Program-made: the position numbers and the translations under genes | From: Acetobacteraceae bacterium | Lineage (GTDB): Bacteria > Pseudomonadota > Alphaproteobacteria > Acetobacterales > Acetobacteraceae | NCBI GenBank assembly: GCA_035500775.1 | Contig: DATJWY010000068.1 | Span: 567 to 64,566, forward strand | Length of the DNA stretch: 64,000 nucleotides | Direction of reading: 5' to 3' | The notes under the pieces: generated by a model | Told to the model about the DNA's origin: nothing | The model's database searches: none | Seen by the model: the letters and a program-made list of their open reading frames with translations, nothing else | Shown: positions 54,439 through 62,646 of the stretch, in pieces | Layout of the letters: every line of letters begins with the position of its first letter | Position numbering within the stretch: position 1 is the first letter of the stretch

Positions 54439-56072
54439 GCCGCCACGGCGCGTCGCCAGTCGCGAATGGCCGCGAGTTCCCGCTCTGGCCGCTCGGTTAC
54501 CACCTCCAGCGCCCCGGCGAAGATCCGCCCCTCATTGCCGTCGAGCGAGATCGTATCCCCCTCGTCCAGCACGCGCTCGCCGATCCGGCACTGCTGCCGC
54601 GCGAGGTCGATGGCAAGGGCGGTACAGCCGACCAGGCACACCTTGCCGAGTTGCCGCGCCACCACGGCGGCGTGTGAGGTGCGGCCGCCGGTCGCGGTCA
54701 GGGTGCCTTCCGCCCGGGCGAGGCCGGCGATGTCCTCGGTCGCGATTTCCCGCCGCACCAGGATCACCTTCTGGCCGGCTTCTGCCATGCGCTCGGCGGC
54801 TTCCGGACTCAGTGCGATGGCCCCGGTGGCGATGCCAGGGCACGCCACCCGCGCGGTGGCCAGCAACTGCCCGGATTCGGCGGCCAGCCGGGAGCGCGTG
54901 ATGCTGTCGAGGTCGATGGCGCGCAGGCGCGCGAGTGCCTCCGCGGGCGTGATCAGCCCCTCCTCCACCAGTTCGACGGCGATGCGCAGCGCCGCCCAGG
55001 GCGTCGTCTTGGCATTGCGTGTCTGCAGCAGATAAAGCGAGCCGGATTGCAGGGTGAACTCGAAATCCTGCGCGTCGCCGAACAGCGCCTCCAGTGTGTG
55101 GCAGGTGGCTTCCAGCTCGGTCACCAGTAGTGGCAGGCGGCGGCTCAGCCGCTCATTGTCGTTCAGCACCTGTCGCCCGGCGACGACATCCTCGCCTTGG
55201 CCATTGAACTGGAAATCGACGTAGAGCGTGCGCGCGCCGGTCGCCGGATCGCGGGTGAAGCCGACCCCGGCGCCCGATGCGCCGCCGGCATTGCCGAACA
55301 CCATGGTCTGCACGGTCACGGCGGTGCCCATGCTGTCGGCGATGCCGTTCAGCTTCCTGTAAGTCACCGCTTTCGGCGCTTCCCAGGAGGCGAACACCGC
55401 TGCCGAGGCACGGCCGAGCTGCACGTACACGTCCTCGGGGAAGGGTTCGCCCGCGAGGTCTTCGTACCGCTTCAGCATACCGAAGGTCATGGCGCGCAGG
55501 GTGATGTGATCGAAGCCGCCGGCTGGCTCGTCCTGGGCGTTGCCCGTGACCGAGGCGATCACGGCATCGAACGGCTCGGCCGGCAAGCCGGCGACCACGC
55601 CCGCGAATTGCCGTACCAGCCGCCGGTAGCTGTCCCAGGCGAGGCGTGGATTACCGGTCTGGCGGATCAGGCCCTCCACGGTCTCCTGGTTCAGGCCGAT
55701 ATCGAGGACCGTCTCCAGCATGCCCGGCATGGAAACCGGGGCGCCGGAGCGCACGGAAACCAGCAGCGGCCGGCGCGCCGAACCGAAGCCGAGACCGCTG
55801 ACCTGCTCAAGACCGGCGATGCCGCGCCGGAGCGCCGCGGCCAGGGTCGCGTCCGGTTTCGGCTGGCGCCTCGCGGCGTCCGGTGACGCGCCGGCCGCGT
55901 GGAACCGCTGACACCATCCGGTCGGCAGCGCGAAGCCGGGTGGCACACGCAGGCCGGCAGCCGCCATGCGCATCAGGTTCCAGGCCTTGTTGCCGACTTC
56001 CGCCGCACCGCCGCGCGGCAGCACCACGCCCGGCCCAAAAGGGTAGAGATCCGGCGTCCGATCTTCACTCAC
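54435..56072 (-). CDS. pyruvate-phosphate-dikinase-like enzyme with only the ATP-grasp and phosphohistidine domains (no PEP/pyruvate TIM-barrel domain)
   Basis: Colinear with the PPDK N-terminal ~535 aa. Matching blocks: ..VGNKAWNLMRMAAAGLRVPPGF.., ..LLVSVRSGAPVSMPGMLETVLDIGLN.., ..NPRLAWDSYRRLV.., ..GTAVTVQTMVFGN.., ..NGQGEDVVAG.., ..LYLLQTRNAK.., and the catalytic-His motif TGGRTSHAAVVARQLG. It ends right after ..ISLDGNEGRIFAG... Start at GTG 56072 (or 56081), after GGGGAG. Confidence 0.8.
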   Translation of the reverse strand: MSEDRTPDLYPFGPGVVLPRGGAAEVGNKAWNLMRMAAAGLRVPPGFALPTGWCQRFHAAGASPDAARRQPKPDATLAAALRRGIAGLEQVSGLGFGSARRPLLVSVRSGAPVSMPGMLETVLDIGLNQETVEGLIRQTGNPRLAWDSYRRLVRQFAGVVAGLPAEPFDAVIASVTGNAQDEPAGGFDHITLRAMTFGMLKRYEDLAGEPFPEDVYVQLGRASAAVFASWEAPKAVTYRKLNGIADSMGTAVTVQTMVFGNAGGASGAGVGFTRDPATGARTLYVDFQFNGQGEDVVAGRQVLNDNERLSRRLPLLVTELEATCHTLEALFGDAQDFEFTLQSGSLYLLQTRNAKTTPWAALRIAVELVEEGLITPAEALARLRAIDLDSITRSRLAAESGQLLATARVACPGIATGAIALSPEAAERMAEAGQKVILVRREIATEDIAGLARAEGTLTATGGRTSHAAVVARQLGKVCLVGCTALAIDLARQQCRIGERVLDEGDTISLDGNEGRIFAGALEVVTERPERELAAIRDWRRAVAA

Positions 56073-58020
56073 CGAGCACACTCCCCATCACATGATCCCG
56101 GGCGCCGAGAGCGGCGCGCTTGAGGCTGTCAGCGGCTTCTTCCAGGCTGTTGCCGATGGTGGTGTAGAGGTGCAACTGCCGGAAATCCCGCGCATGGCGC
56201 AGGGCCGTGACGGTCAGGGCGCGCTGGACATCATCCGCCTGGTGCTCGAGTGCGAGGATGCGGTCAACCGCGCTCAGGAAATCCTCGGTATCCTCCCGTG
56301 CGACCTTCACGCCCTGCCCCGGGCTCGCGATGGTGGCGGCGTCGGCGAGGGTCTTGACCCATTCCTGCGTGCCTTCCGCCACCAGGTCGGCGAGTCCGGC
56401 CAGCGCCTCCAGCGCCTCGCCCCCGGCTTCGTTGCTGGCGAGCAGGCCGAGCAGGAAGGCGGCCTCCTCCATCGCGTCGGCGGCGTCGTCGGCCGTCTGG
56501 GCGAGGCGCAGCAGCGGCGCCTGCTCCGGCCGCCGCCGCGCCGCGTCCCGTATCTCGCTCACCTTCTGGTCGGCAGCGTGCTCGAAATCCCGGGCGCGGC
56601 GGGCAAGCTGCTCTGCCGTCATGGGCGAGAGGTCGCGCAGCCCCTCGCGCAGCACCGTCGCGATCTCGAACGTCAGGGCGGCGTGCTCGACAAGGACACG
56701 CAGCAGGCGGCGGCCCTCATTGCTGACATGGGCATGCAGCTCGGTGCGGATGCGGTCGTGGATCATTCCCGCCGACTGCCCGGCGCGCAATCCCTCGCTC
56801 GCGGCGCGCAGCACGAAGCAGACGTAGTCGCGTGCCGCCGCGTCGCCGAGCACGTCGCAAAGCCGGTCGCCGAAATGCAGGGCGGAGCTGGCCGCCACCT
56901 CGATCGCCTGATTGATCAGCCGCGCGCCGCCAAGGGAGAGGAAGCCACGATGGCCGACCTCCTTATCCGCCGCCCAGCGCAGCACGGCGATGCGGTCGGA
57001 GCCGCGCAGGAAGCCACGGAGTTCCTTGCGGGCGCGGTTCCAGTCGATCAGGAAGACGAGGCGGGAGCCGACGAATTCGAGGCAGTCGCGCAGCGCCGCG
57101 TCGTCCGCCGCTTCGTGGCGGCCGATCGCCATCTCGAAGCTCAGGCCGGAGGCGGCGCGTTCGACCGGCTGTTCGCCGTCGTTCCAGGAAAAGTCGCGCG
57201 CGGTCAGCATGTCCTTGAGGAAGCGCAGCCGCTCCGGGTGGATATCCGTATAGGTGATGGTGACGCAGCGGCCTTCCACGTGCACGACGATGACGTGCGC
57301 GTCCGTGGTGCCGATGTCGTTCTGGATGACCAGCCGGTTCCCGGCCCGGGTGGCTGTGGTGGCGAGGCCGGGATGGTCGAATTTCAGCGGTGCGGTGCGG
57401 TTGAGGCCGCGCATGAAGGCGGCAACCAAGGGTTTATCCGCTTCGTCGAGGCCATAGACGGCGGCGCCGTCCAGCGTTGCCTCGGCAAGCCCCGCCTGCA
57501 GCGCGTTGAGCTGGCGATGCAGGTCCATGACCAGCAGATGCAGGCTGTCTGTCCCGGCGCGGTTGGCGCTGGTCATGGCGAGGATCGCCGGACCGTCCAC
57601 CAGGTCGTCCGCCGCGCCGGGGAGATCGGCGAACCTGGCCTCGAGGCGCTGTTGCAGCGCGGCGGTCGTCGCGTCCGGGCCGGCTTCCAGCACCGGCACG
57701 GCCATCACCCGCATATCCTGCGCGATGCGCGCCAGCATCCGGGCGGCGCCCGGGATGCGGATGCGATCGCCTTCCCGCCTTGCACCGGCCACAGCCGTAT
57801 CGAGCCCGATATCGTCGATGCCGGCGGCGAGGCGCTCGCGTTTCAGCGATGGCGCCGGATGATCCGGGTTCTCCGCATGGGCGATCGCCATTTGCAGTAG
57901 CGAGAACAGGTATTTGACCCGGTCGTTCGCCGCGAGGGCGGCATTGACGCGCGAGGAGCGCCTGAGCGCGGTCTCGCCGATGGCATCCAGAACCGCCGCC
58001 TTCATGCTGTCCACGTCCAT
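56065..58020 (-). CDS. large uncharacterised protein with a C-terminal PhoU/DUF47-like helical repeat
   Basis: About 650-678 aa. The C-terminal ~200 aa carry two E..AD repeats (..DFEHAADQKVSEIRDAARR.. and ..LALEHQADDVQRALTVTAL..LEEAADSLKRAA..) typical of PhoU_div/DUF47. The N-terminal ~450 aa are unassigned. Its stop overlaps the PPDK-like start (GTGAGTGA). The start is uncertain (58020, 58005 or 58101). Confidence 0.55.
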   Translation of the reverse strand: MDVDSMKAAVLDAIGETALRRSSRVNAALAANDRVKYLFSLLQMAIAHAENPDHPAPSLKRERLAAGIDDIGLDTAVAGARREGDRIRIPGAARMLARIAQDMRVMAVPVLEAGPDATTAALQQRLEARFADLPGAADDLVDGPAILAMTSANRAGTDSLHLLVMDLHRQLNALQAGLAEATLDGAAVYGLDEADKPLVAAFMRGLNRTAPLKFDHPGLATTATRAGNRLVIQNDIGTTDAHVIVVHVEGRCVTITYTDIHPERLRFLKDMLTARDFSWNDGEQPVERAASGLSFEMAIGRHEAADDAALRDCLEFVGSRLVFLIDWNRARKELRGFLRGSDRIAVLRWAADKEVGHRGFLSLGGARLINQAIEVAASSALHFGDRLCDVLGDAAARDYVCFVLRAASEGLRAGQSAGMIHDRIRTELHAHVSNEGRRLLRVLVEHAALTFEIATVLREGLRDLSPMTAEQLARRARDFEHAADQKVSEIRDAARRRPEQAPLLRLAQTADDAADAMEEAAFLLGLLASNEAGGEALEALAGLADLVAEGTQEWVKTLADAATIASPGQGVKVAREDTEDFLSAVDRILALEHQADDVQRALTVTALRHARDFRQLHLYTTIGNSLEEAADSLKRAALGARDHVMGSVLGE

Positions 58021-58171
58021 TGCAGGTTGTGGGCCGCCCCTTAACAGGCCGGGCGTCGAGCCTCCTCGATTTCCGTCAATGGCGCATCCCAGGCCATTCA
58101 CGCCGTCCAGACAGGGGGGCGCTGGCCCCGGTTTCTTGCGCCCTTACCGGGGATCGGCTAAGGGCGCTCGC

Positions 58172-59026
58172 ATGAGCCAAGCCACCGGTCTTCAGCCAAG
58201 CCACGAGACTCTCGAACTGTTCTCCAACGTCACGGGCGCGGCCCGCCGCCGCCTTGCGTTGCGGGATTTTCGCGAGGGGCTCGGGCTCTGGCGATTGTTC
58301 TTCACCCTCGGCTGGCTCGACATCAAGCTCAAATACCGCGGCTCGGTGATCGGCCCGTTCTGGCTCACCTTGTCCACCGCGGTGATGGTGTGCGCGCTCG
58401 GCTTTCTCTACTCGCACCTGTTCAAGATGGTGCTGCGGGATTACCTGCCCTACCTGGCGTTGTCGATTATCCTGTGGAATTTCCTGTCCGCCATTGTCGG
58501 CGAAGCCTGCACGAGCTTCCTGCAGGCGGAAAGCATGATCCGCTCGGTGCGGATGCCGTTCTCGGTCCACGCCGCCCGGGTGGTCGTGCGCAACGTGCTG
58601 ACCCTGCTGCATAATTTCGTGGTCATCGTCGCGGTTTTCGCGATCTTCGCCATCGTTCCGCGAACCTCCGCCCTCCTCGCCATTCCCGCCTTCGGGCTCT
58701 GGATTCTCGACGGCTTCGCGGCTTGCCTGCTGCTCGGCGCCTTCTGCGCCCGCTTCCGGGATGTCCCGCCGGTGGTTGCCAGCGTCATGCAGATCGCCTT
58801 CTTCGTCAGCCCGATCATCTGGAAGCCGGAATTGCTGGGTGCCGGCGCCAAATGGCTGGCATTCAATCCGTTCTTCACCATGCTTGAGATCGTTCGCGGG
58901 CCGCTGCTCGGCTATGTTCCCGGGGTCAACATCTGGGCGAGCGCGTTCGGCTTCAGCCTGCTGCTCTGCGTCGGCGCGTGGATGCTGTTCGCCCGGGTGC
59001 GCGGGCGGCTCGCCTTCTGGATCTGA
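58172..59026 (+). CDS. ABC-2 type (Wzm/KpsM-like) polysaccharide-export permease, no adjacent ATPase
   Basis: ..LFFTLGWLDIKLKYRGSVIGPFWLTLSTAVMV.. and six hydrophobic segments match the typical ABC-2 permease. ATG at 58172. Confidence 0.8.
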   Translation: MSQATGLQPSHETLELFSNVTGAARRRLALRDFREGLGLWRLFFTLGWLDIKLKYRGSVIGPFWLTLSTAVMVCALGFLYSHLFKMVLRDYLPYLALSIILWNFLSAIVGEACTSFLQAESMIRSVRMPFSVHAARVVVRNVLTLLHNFVVIVAVFAIFAIVPRTSALLAIPAFGLWILDGFAACLLLGAFCARFRDVPPVVASVMQIAFFVSPIIWKPELLGAGAKWLAFNPFFTMLEIVRGPLLGYVPGVNIWASAFGFSLLLCVGAWMLFARVRGRLAFWI

Positions 59027-59104
59027 CCGGTTGATGCAAGGGGGGCTTCCCCTTGCCTCCCGGCGTGGGCGTGAACCAGTCCCCCGCCGGCACGCCGCCT
59101 GAAG

Positions 59105-60376
59105 TCAGGCGGTGTGGGCCACGGCCCGCAGCTCTTCCGCCCCACCAGCGGCAACCGGCGCCGCGGTCGCCTGAGCGCCTGGCCGCGCCGTCAGCGCCTG
59201 CAGGATCTCCCGCACGCTGCAAACGCCGACAATGCGCTCGCCATCCGCCAGGATAACCGGATAGCGGCTACCCTGCTGCACTTCGATCAGGTCGCTCAGC
59301 GCCATGTCCGCCCGCGCGAGGTGGAACGCATCGAACGGCCGCGCCGGTGCGGGCGCCTCGGCTGGCGGCAGCAGCGGCCGCGTCTCGCCCCCGACACTCG
59401 CGCTCAGCGCCCGGCCGGCTTGATCCAGCACCAGACGGAACTCACCGGCCGGGCCGAAGACCAGGGCGTCCCGGTCGCGGCTCAGGGCTGAAAGCGGGGT
59501 CATCACGCTGCGGCCCTTCAGCACCGGCAGCGGGTTCATGTGGTGGACGAAGCTCGCCACGTAGTCATTGGCCGGACGCAGCGCGATGTCCTCGGGGGTG
59601 CCGTCCTGGATGATCCGGCCGCCTTCCAGGATCGCGATGCGGTTGCCGAGCTTCATCGCCTCGTTGAGGTCGTGGCTGACGAACAGGATCGTCTTGTGCA
59701 CGGCGGCCTGCAGCGCGAGCAACTCGTCCTGCAGCTTGTTGCGGATCAGCGGATCGAGGGCTGAGAACGGCTCGTCCATCAGCAGGATGTCGGCGTCGGT
59801 CGCGAAGGCGCGGGCAAGGCCGACGCGCTGCTGCATGCCGCCCGAGAGTTCCTGCGCGTAGCGGTCGGCCCATTGTTCGAGCCCAACCAGATGCAGCTTC
59901 TCGTCAACGATGCGCCGACGCTCGCTCGATCGCATGCCGCGCAGTTCCAGGCCGAGCCCGACATTCTCCCGCACCGTGCGCCAGGGCAGCAGGGCGAATT
60001 GCTGGAATACCATGGCGACCGCCTCGGTGCGCACGCGGCGCAGGGTGGCGGCGTCGCAGGTGGCCAGATCGACCATGCCGTCCCGGTGGTGCACGAGGGC
60101 GTTGCCGCGCGTCACCGCATTAAGCCCATTGGCGGCGCGCAGCAGCGTCGATTTACCGGAGCCGGACAGACCCATCAGGACGCAGATCTCGCCCCGCTCC
60201 ACCTGGAGGCTGGCGTTGGAGATGCCGAGGATCAGTCCGGTCTTGGAAGCCACATCGCCGCGGCTCGCGCCGGCATCCATCATCCGCAGCGCCTCGGCAA
60301 CCTTCGGATCTTCGGCGCGGGCGCGCTTCTTGCCGAAAACGATATCAACATTGCGGAAGTCGATGGCGACGGTCAT
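59105..60376 (-). CDS. proV: glycine betaine/choline/proline ABC transporter ATP-binding protein with a C-terminal CBS pair
   Basis: Walker A GLSGSGKSTLLR, signature LSGGMQQRVGLARA, Walker B ILLMDEPFSALD, followed by a CBS-like tail. The ATG at 60376 overlaps the permease stop (ATGA). Confidence 0.9.
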   Translation of the reverse strand: MTVAIDFRNVDIVFGKKRARAEDPKVAEALRMMDAGASRGDVASKTGLILGISNASLQVERGEICVLMGLSGSGKSTLLRAANGLNAVTRGNALVHHRDGMVDLATCDAATLRRVRTEAVAMVFQQFALLPWRTVRENVGLGLELRGMRSSERRRIVDEKLHLVGLEQWADRYAQELSGGMQQRVGLARAFATDADILLMDEPFSALDPLIRNKLQDELLALQAAVHKTILFVSHDLNEAMKLGNRIAILEGGRIIQDGTPEDIALRPANDYVASFVHHMNPLPVLKGRSVMTPLSALSRDRDALVFGPAGEFRLVLDQAGRALSASVGGETRPLLPPAEAPAPARPFDAFHLARADMALSDLIEVQQGSRYPVILADGERIVGVCSVREILQALTARPGAQATAAPVAAGGAEELRAVAHTA

Positions 60377-61227
60377 TGCGCGGCGTCCTCCTTGGGACGG
60401 CTGAGCCGGTCCAGCACGATGGCCAGCAGCACGATGGCGAAACCAGCCTCGAAACCCATATCGACGCGCACCGTGTTCAGGGCGCGCACGACGGGAACCC
60501 CGAGCCCGCCGGCACCGACCAGGGCCGCGATCACCACCATCGACAGGCTGAGCATGATGCACTGGGTGATGCCGGCAACGATGGTCGGGCGCGCCGCGGG
60601 CAACTCCACCTTCCACAGTAATTGCCAGGGCGTGGCGCCGAAGGCGCGGCCGGCTTCCAGCAGCGGTTGCGGCACGGAGCTGATGCCGAGCTGGGTGAGG
60701 CGTACCGGCGCCGGCAGGGCGAAGATCACGGTCGAGATCAGGCCGGGCACGGAGCCGAGGCCGAACAGGACAAGGGTCGGGATCAGATAGACGAAGGTCG
60801 GCAAGGTCTGCATCAGGTCCAGGACCGGACGCAGCAGATGGTTCAGCCAGGGCCGGTGCGCCGCGGCGATGCCGAGCGGGATGCCGATGACCGCCGAGAG
60901 CAGTGCCGAGAACAGCACGAGCGACAGCGTCTCCTGCAACTCCTCCCAGTAGCCCTGATTCATGATGAAGGCCAACGCGAGCACGGTGAACAGCGTGACG
61001 CCCCAGGATCTGCGGATCAGGTAAGCGACGACGCCGAACAGCACGATCAGCAGTGGACCGGGGATGAGTTCGAGCGCGTTGGTCACGCTATCGATGCAGA
61101 ATCCGATCGCGGACGATATCGTATCGAAGAACCCGACGAAATCGGTCTTCACGAAATCCACGAGGCTGGAGACCCAGTCTCCGACAGGGATTTTATGGTC
61201 CGTGATCCAGTCTTGTACCGAGCTCAT
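60373..61227 (-). CDS. proW: glycine betaine/choline ABC transporter permease
   Basis: ..WEELQETLSLVLFSALLSAVIGIPLGIAAA..LMQTLPTFVYLIP.. is the ProW/OpuAB-type permease pattern. Start set at the ATG at 61227. Confidence 0.88.
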   Translation of the reverse strand: MSSVQDWITDHKIPVGDWVSSLVDFVKTDFVGFFDTISSAIGFCIDSVTNALELIPGPLLIVLFGVVAYLIRRSWGVTLFTVLALAFIMNQGYWEELQETLSLVLFSALLSAVIGIPLGIAAAHRPWLNHLLRPVLDLMQTLPTFVYLIPTLVLFGLGSVPGLISTVIFALPAPVRLTQLGISSVPQPLLEAGRAFGATPWQLLWKVELPAARPTIVAGITQCIMLSLSMVVIAALVGAGGLGVPVVRALNTVRVDMGFEAGFAIVLLAIVLDRLSRPKEDAAQ

Positions 61228-61430
61228 ACCCGTATCCTGACAGGATGATAGGTAAACATGACGGCGGAACAGGCCGGCTATCGGCCGCCGGCCGTCTTCG
61301 TGCGGCCTGTTCCCGTGCCTGAAACGGTGCCTTGCATGAAACGTTCCAGAGACCGTGGCTCCGGAAGAGAGCCGGGGCATCGCGCCCAGGCTCATGTCCC
61401 GCCGCCAGCGCGTGGTGGCGGGATCGGGCT

Positions 61431-62378
61431 TTAACCGCTGACCTTACCCTTGACCGCCGGCAGGCCAGGCTGACCGTCCAGGGTAGTGACACCGTCAAGC
61501 CAAGTGCCGAGCACACCCGGATTGGCCCTCAGCCAGGCGGCGACGGCGATGTCCGGATCCTGCTTCTTGACCAGGATCGCGGTCATCATCTCGTTCTCCG
61601 CCTTGAGCGAGAATTTCAGGTTGTGCAGGAACTTGCCGACATTCGGGCACTCGGCGGCATAGCCGGCGCGGGTATTGGTGTAGATGGTGGCGCCGCCGTA
61701 ATTCGGGCCAAAGGTGGAGTCACCGCCCGGCAGGTATTTGATCGAATATTGCGTGTTCATCGGGTGCGGCTCCCACCCCAGGAACACGATGGGCTTCTTG
61801 GCGCGGGTCGCGCGCTCCACTTCGGCCAGCATGCCCTGCTCGCTCGATTCCACCAGCTGGAACTTGCCGAGGCCGAACATGTTGCCATGGATCATGTCGA
61901 GCACATGGCGGTTGCCGTCATTGCCCGGCTCGATGCCATAGATCTTGCCGTGCAGCTGATGGCTGAACTTCGCGATGTCGGCGAAGGATTTCAGGCCCTG
62001 GTTGTAGAGGTAGGTCGGCACCGCCAGCGTGTATTTCGCGCCTTCAAGGTTCGCGCCCACCACCTCGATCGAGTGATCGTCGAGATACGGTTTCCGGTCC
62101 GCCTCCATCGACGGCATCCAGTTACCGAGGAACACGTCGATGTTCTTGTTCTTCAGCGACGCGTAGGTCACCGGCACGGAGAGCATGGTGGTCTTCGGCT
62201 CATAGCCGAGGTCCTTCAGCACCAGGCTGGTGAGGGCGGTCACGGCGGTGACATCGGTCCAGCCGATATCCGAGAAACGAACAGTGCCGCACGGGGCCGG
62301 ATCGGCCGCGGCGGCGGCCCCTGTCTGTAGGCCGATCGCCGCCGTGAGCGTCAGGGCAGCCCAAGAACACAAGCGCAT
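61431..62378 (-). CDS. proX: glycine betaine/choline ABC transporter substrate-binding protein
   Basis: Signal peptide followed by ..VRFSDIGWTDVTAVTALTSLVLKDLGYEPK..KNKNIDVFLGNWMPSM.., a ProX/ChoX-type binding protein. Confidence 0.88.
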   Translation of the reverse strand: MRLCSWAALTLTAAIGLQTGAAAAADPAPCGTVRFSDIGWTDVTAVTALTSLVLKDLGYEPKTTMLSVPVTYASLKNKNIDVFLGNWMPSMEADRKPYLDDHSIEVVGANLEGAKYTLAVPTYLYNQGLKSFADIAKFSHQLHGKIYGIEPGNDGNRHVLDMIHGNMFGLGKFQLVESSEQGMLAEVERATRAKKPIVFLGWEPHPMNTQYSIKYLPGGDSTFGPNYGGATIYTNTRAGYAAECPNVGKFLHNLKFSLKAENEMMTAILVKKQDPDIAVAAWLRANPGVLGTWLDGVTTLDGQPGLPAVKGKVSG

Positions 62379-62613
62379 GTTGATTCTCCCCTTCGTCCAG
62401 CCGAGGTCGGCAGACCTTTCCAGCGACCATCATGACCGTCCTGAATGCACGTTTAATGCTTTTTTGCGCGCCAGTCATCGGTGATTCTGCGGCCTGTCGG
62501 AGATATACAAGCCAAAACATCCGCGCGTTGAGCATAAAATGTGCTGTATGTACGTTTGGTAGGCACACAAAGTGGTTCCTTGACAATCGGTCGGCTGGCG
62601 TGGGAGGAGCCGA

Positions 62614-62629
62614 TTGAATGACCGTTCAA
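62614..62629. promoter_or_regulatory. palindrome TTGAA-N6-TTCAA, candidate BetI operator
   Basis: TTGAATGACCGTTCAA lies 18 nt upstream of the betI ATG, in the divergent proX/betI region. TetR-type autoregulation at such palindromes is the norm. Confidence 0.5.
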
Positions 62630-62646
62630 CCCTTCGGGAGCTCCGC

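Noticed and set aside
56092-57900. 602-aa plus-strand ORF opposite the PhoU-like large protein
   Set aside because: It has shadow composition (Arg/Gly/His/Asp-rich) and no motifs. The minus frame has PhoU/DUF47-type repeats and start/stop coupling to the PPDK-like gene. Confidence in this choice is moderate, not absolute.
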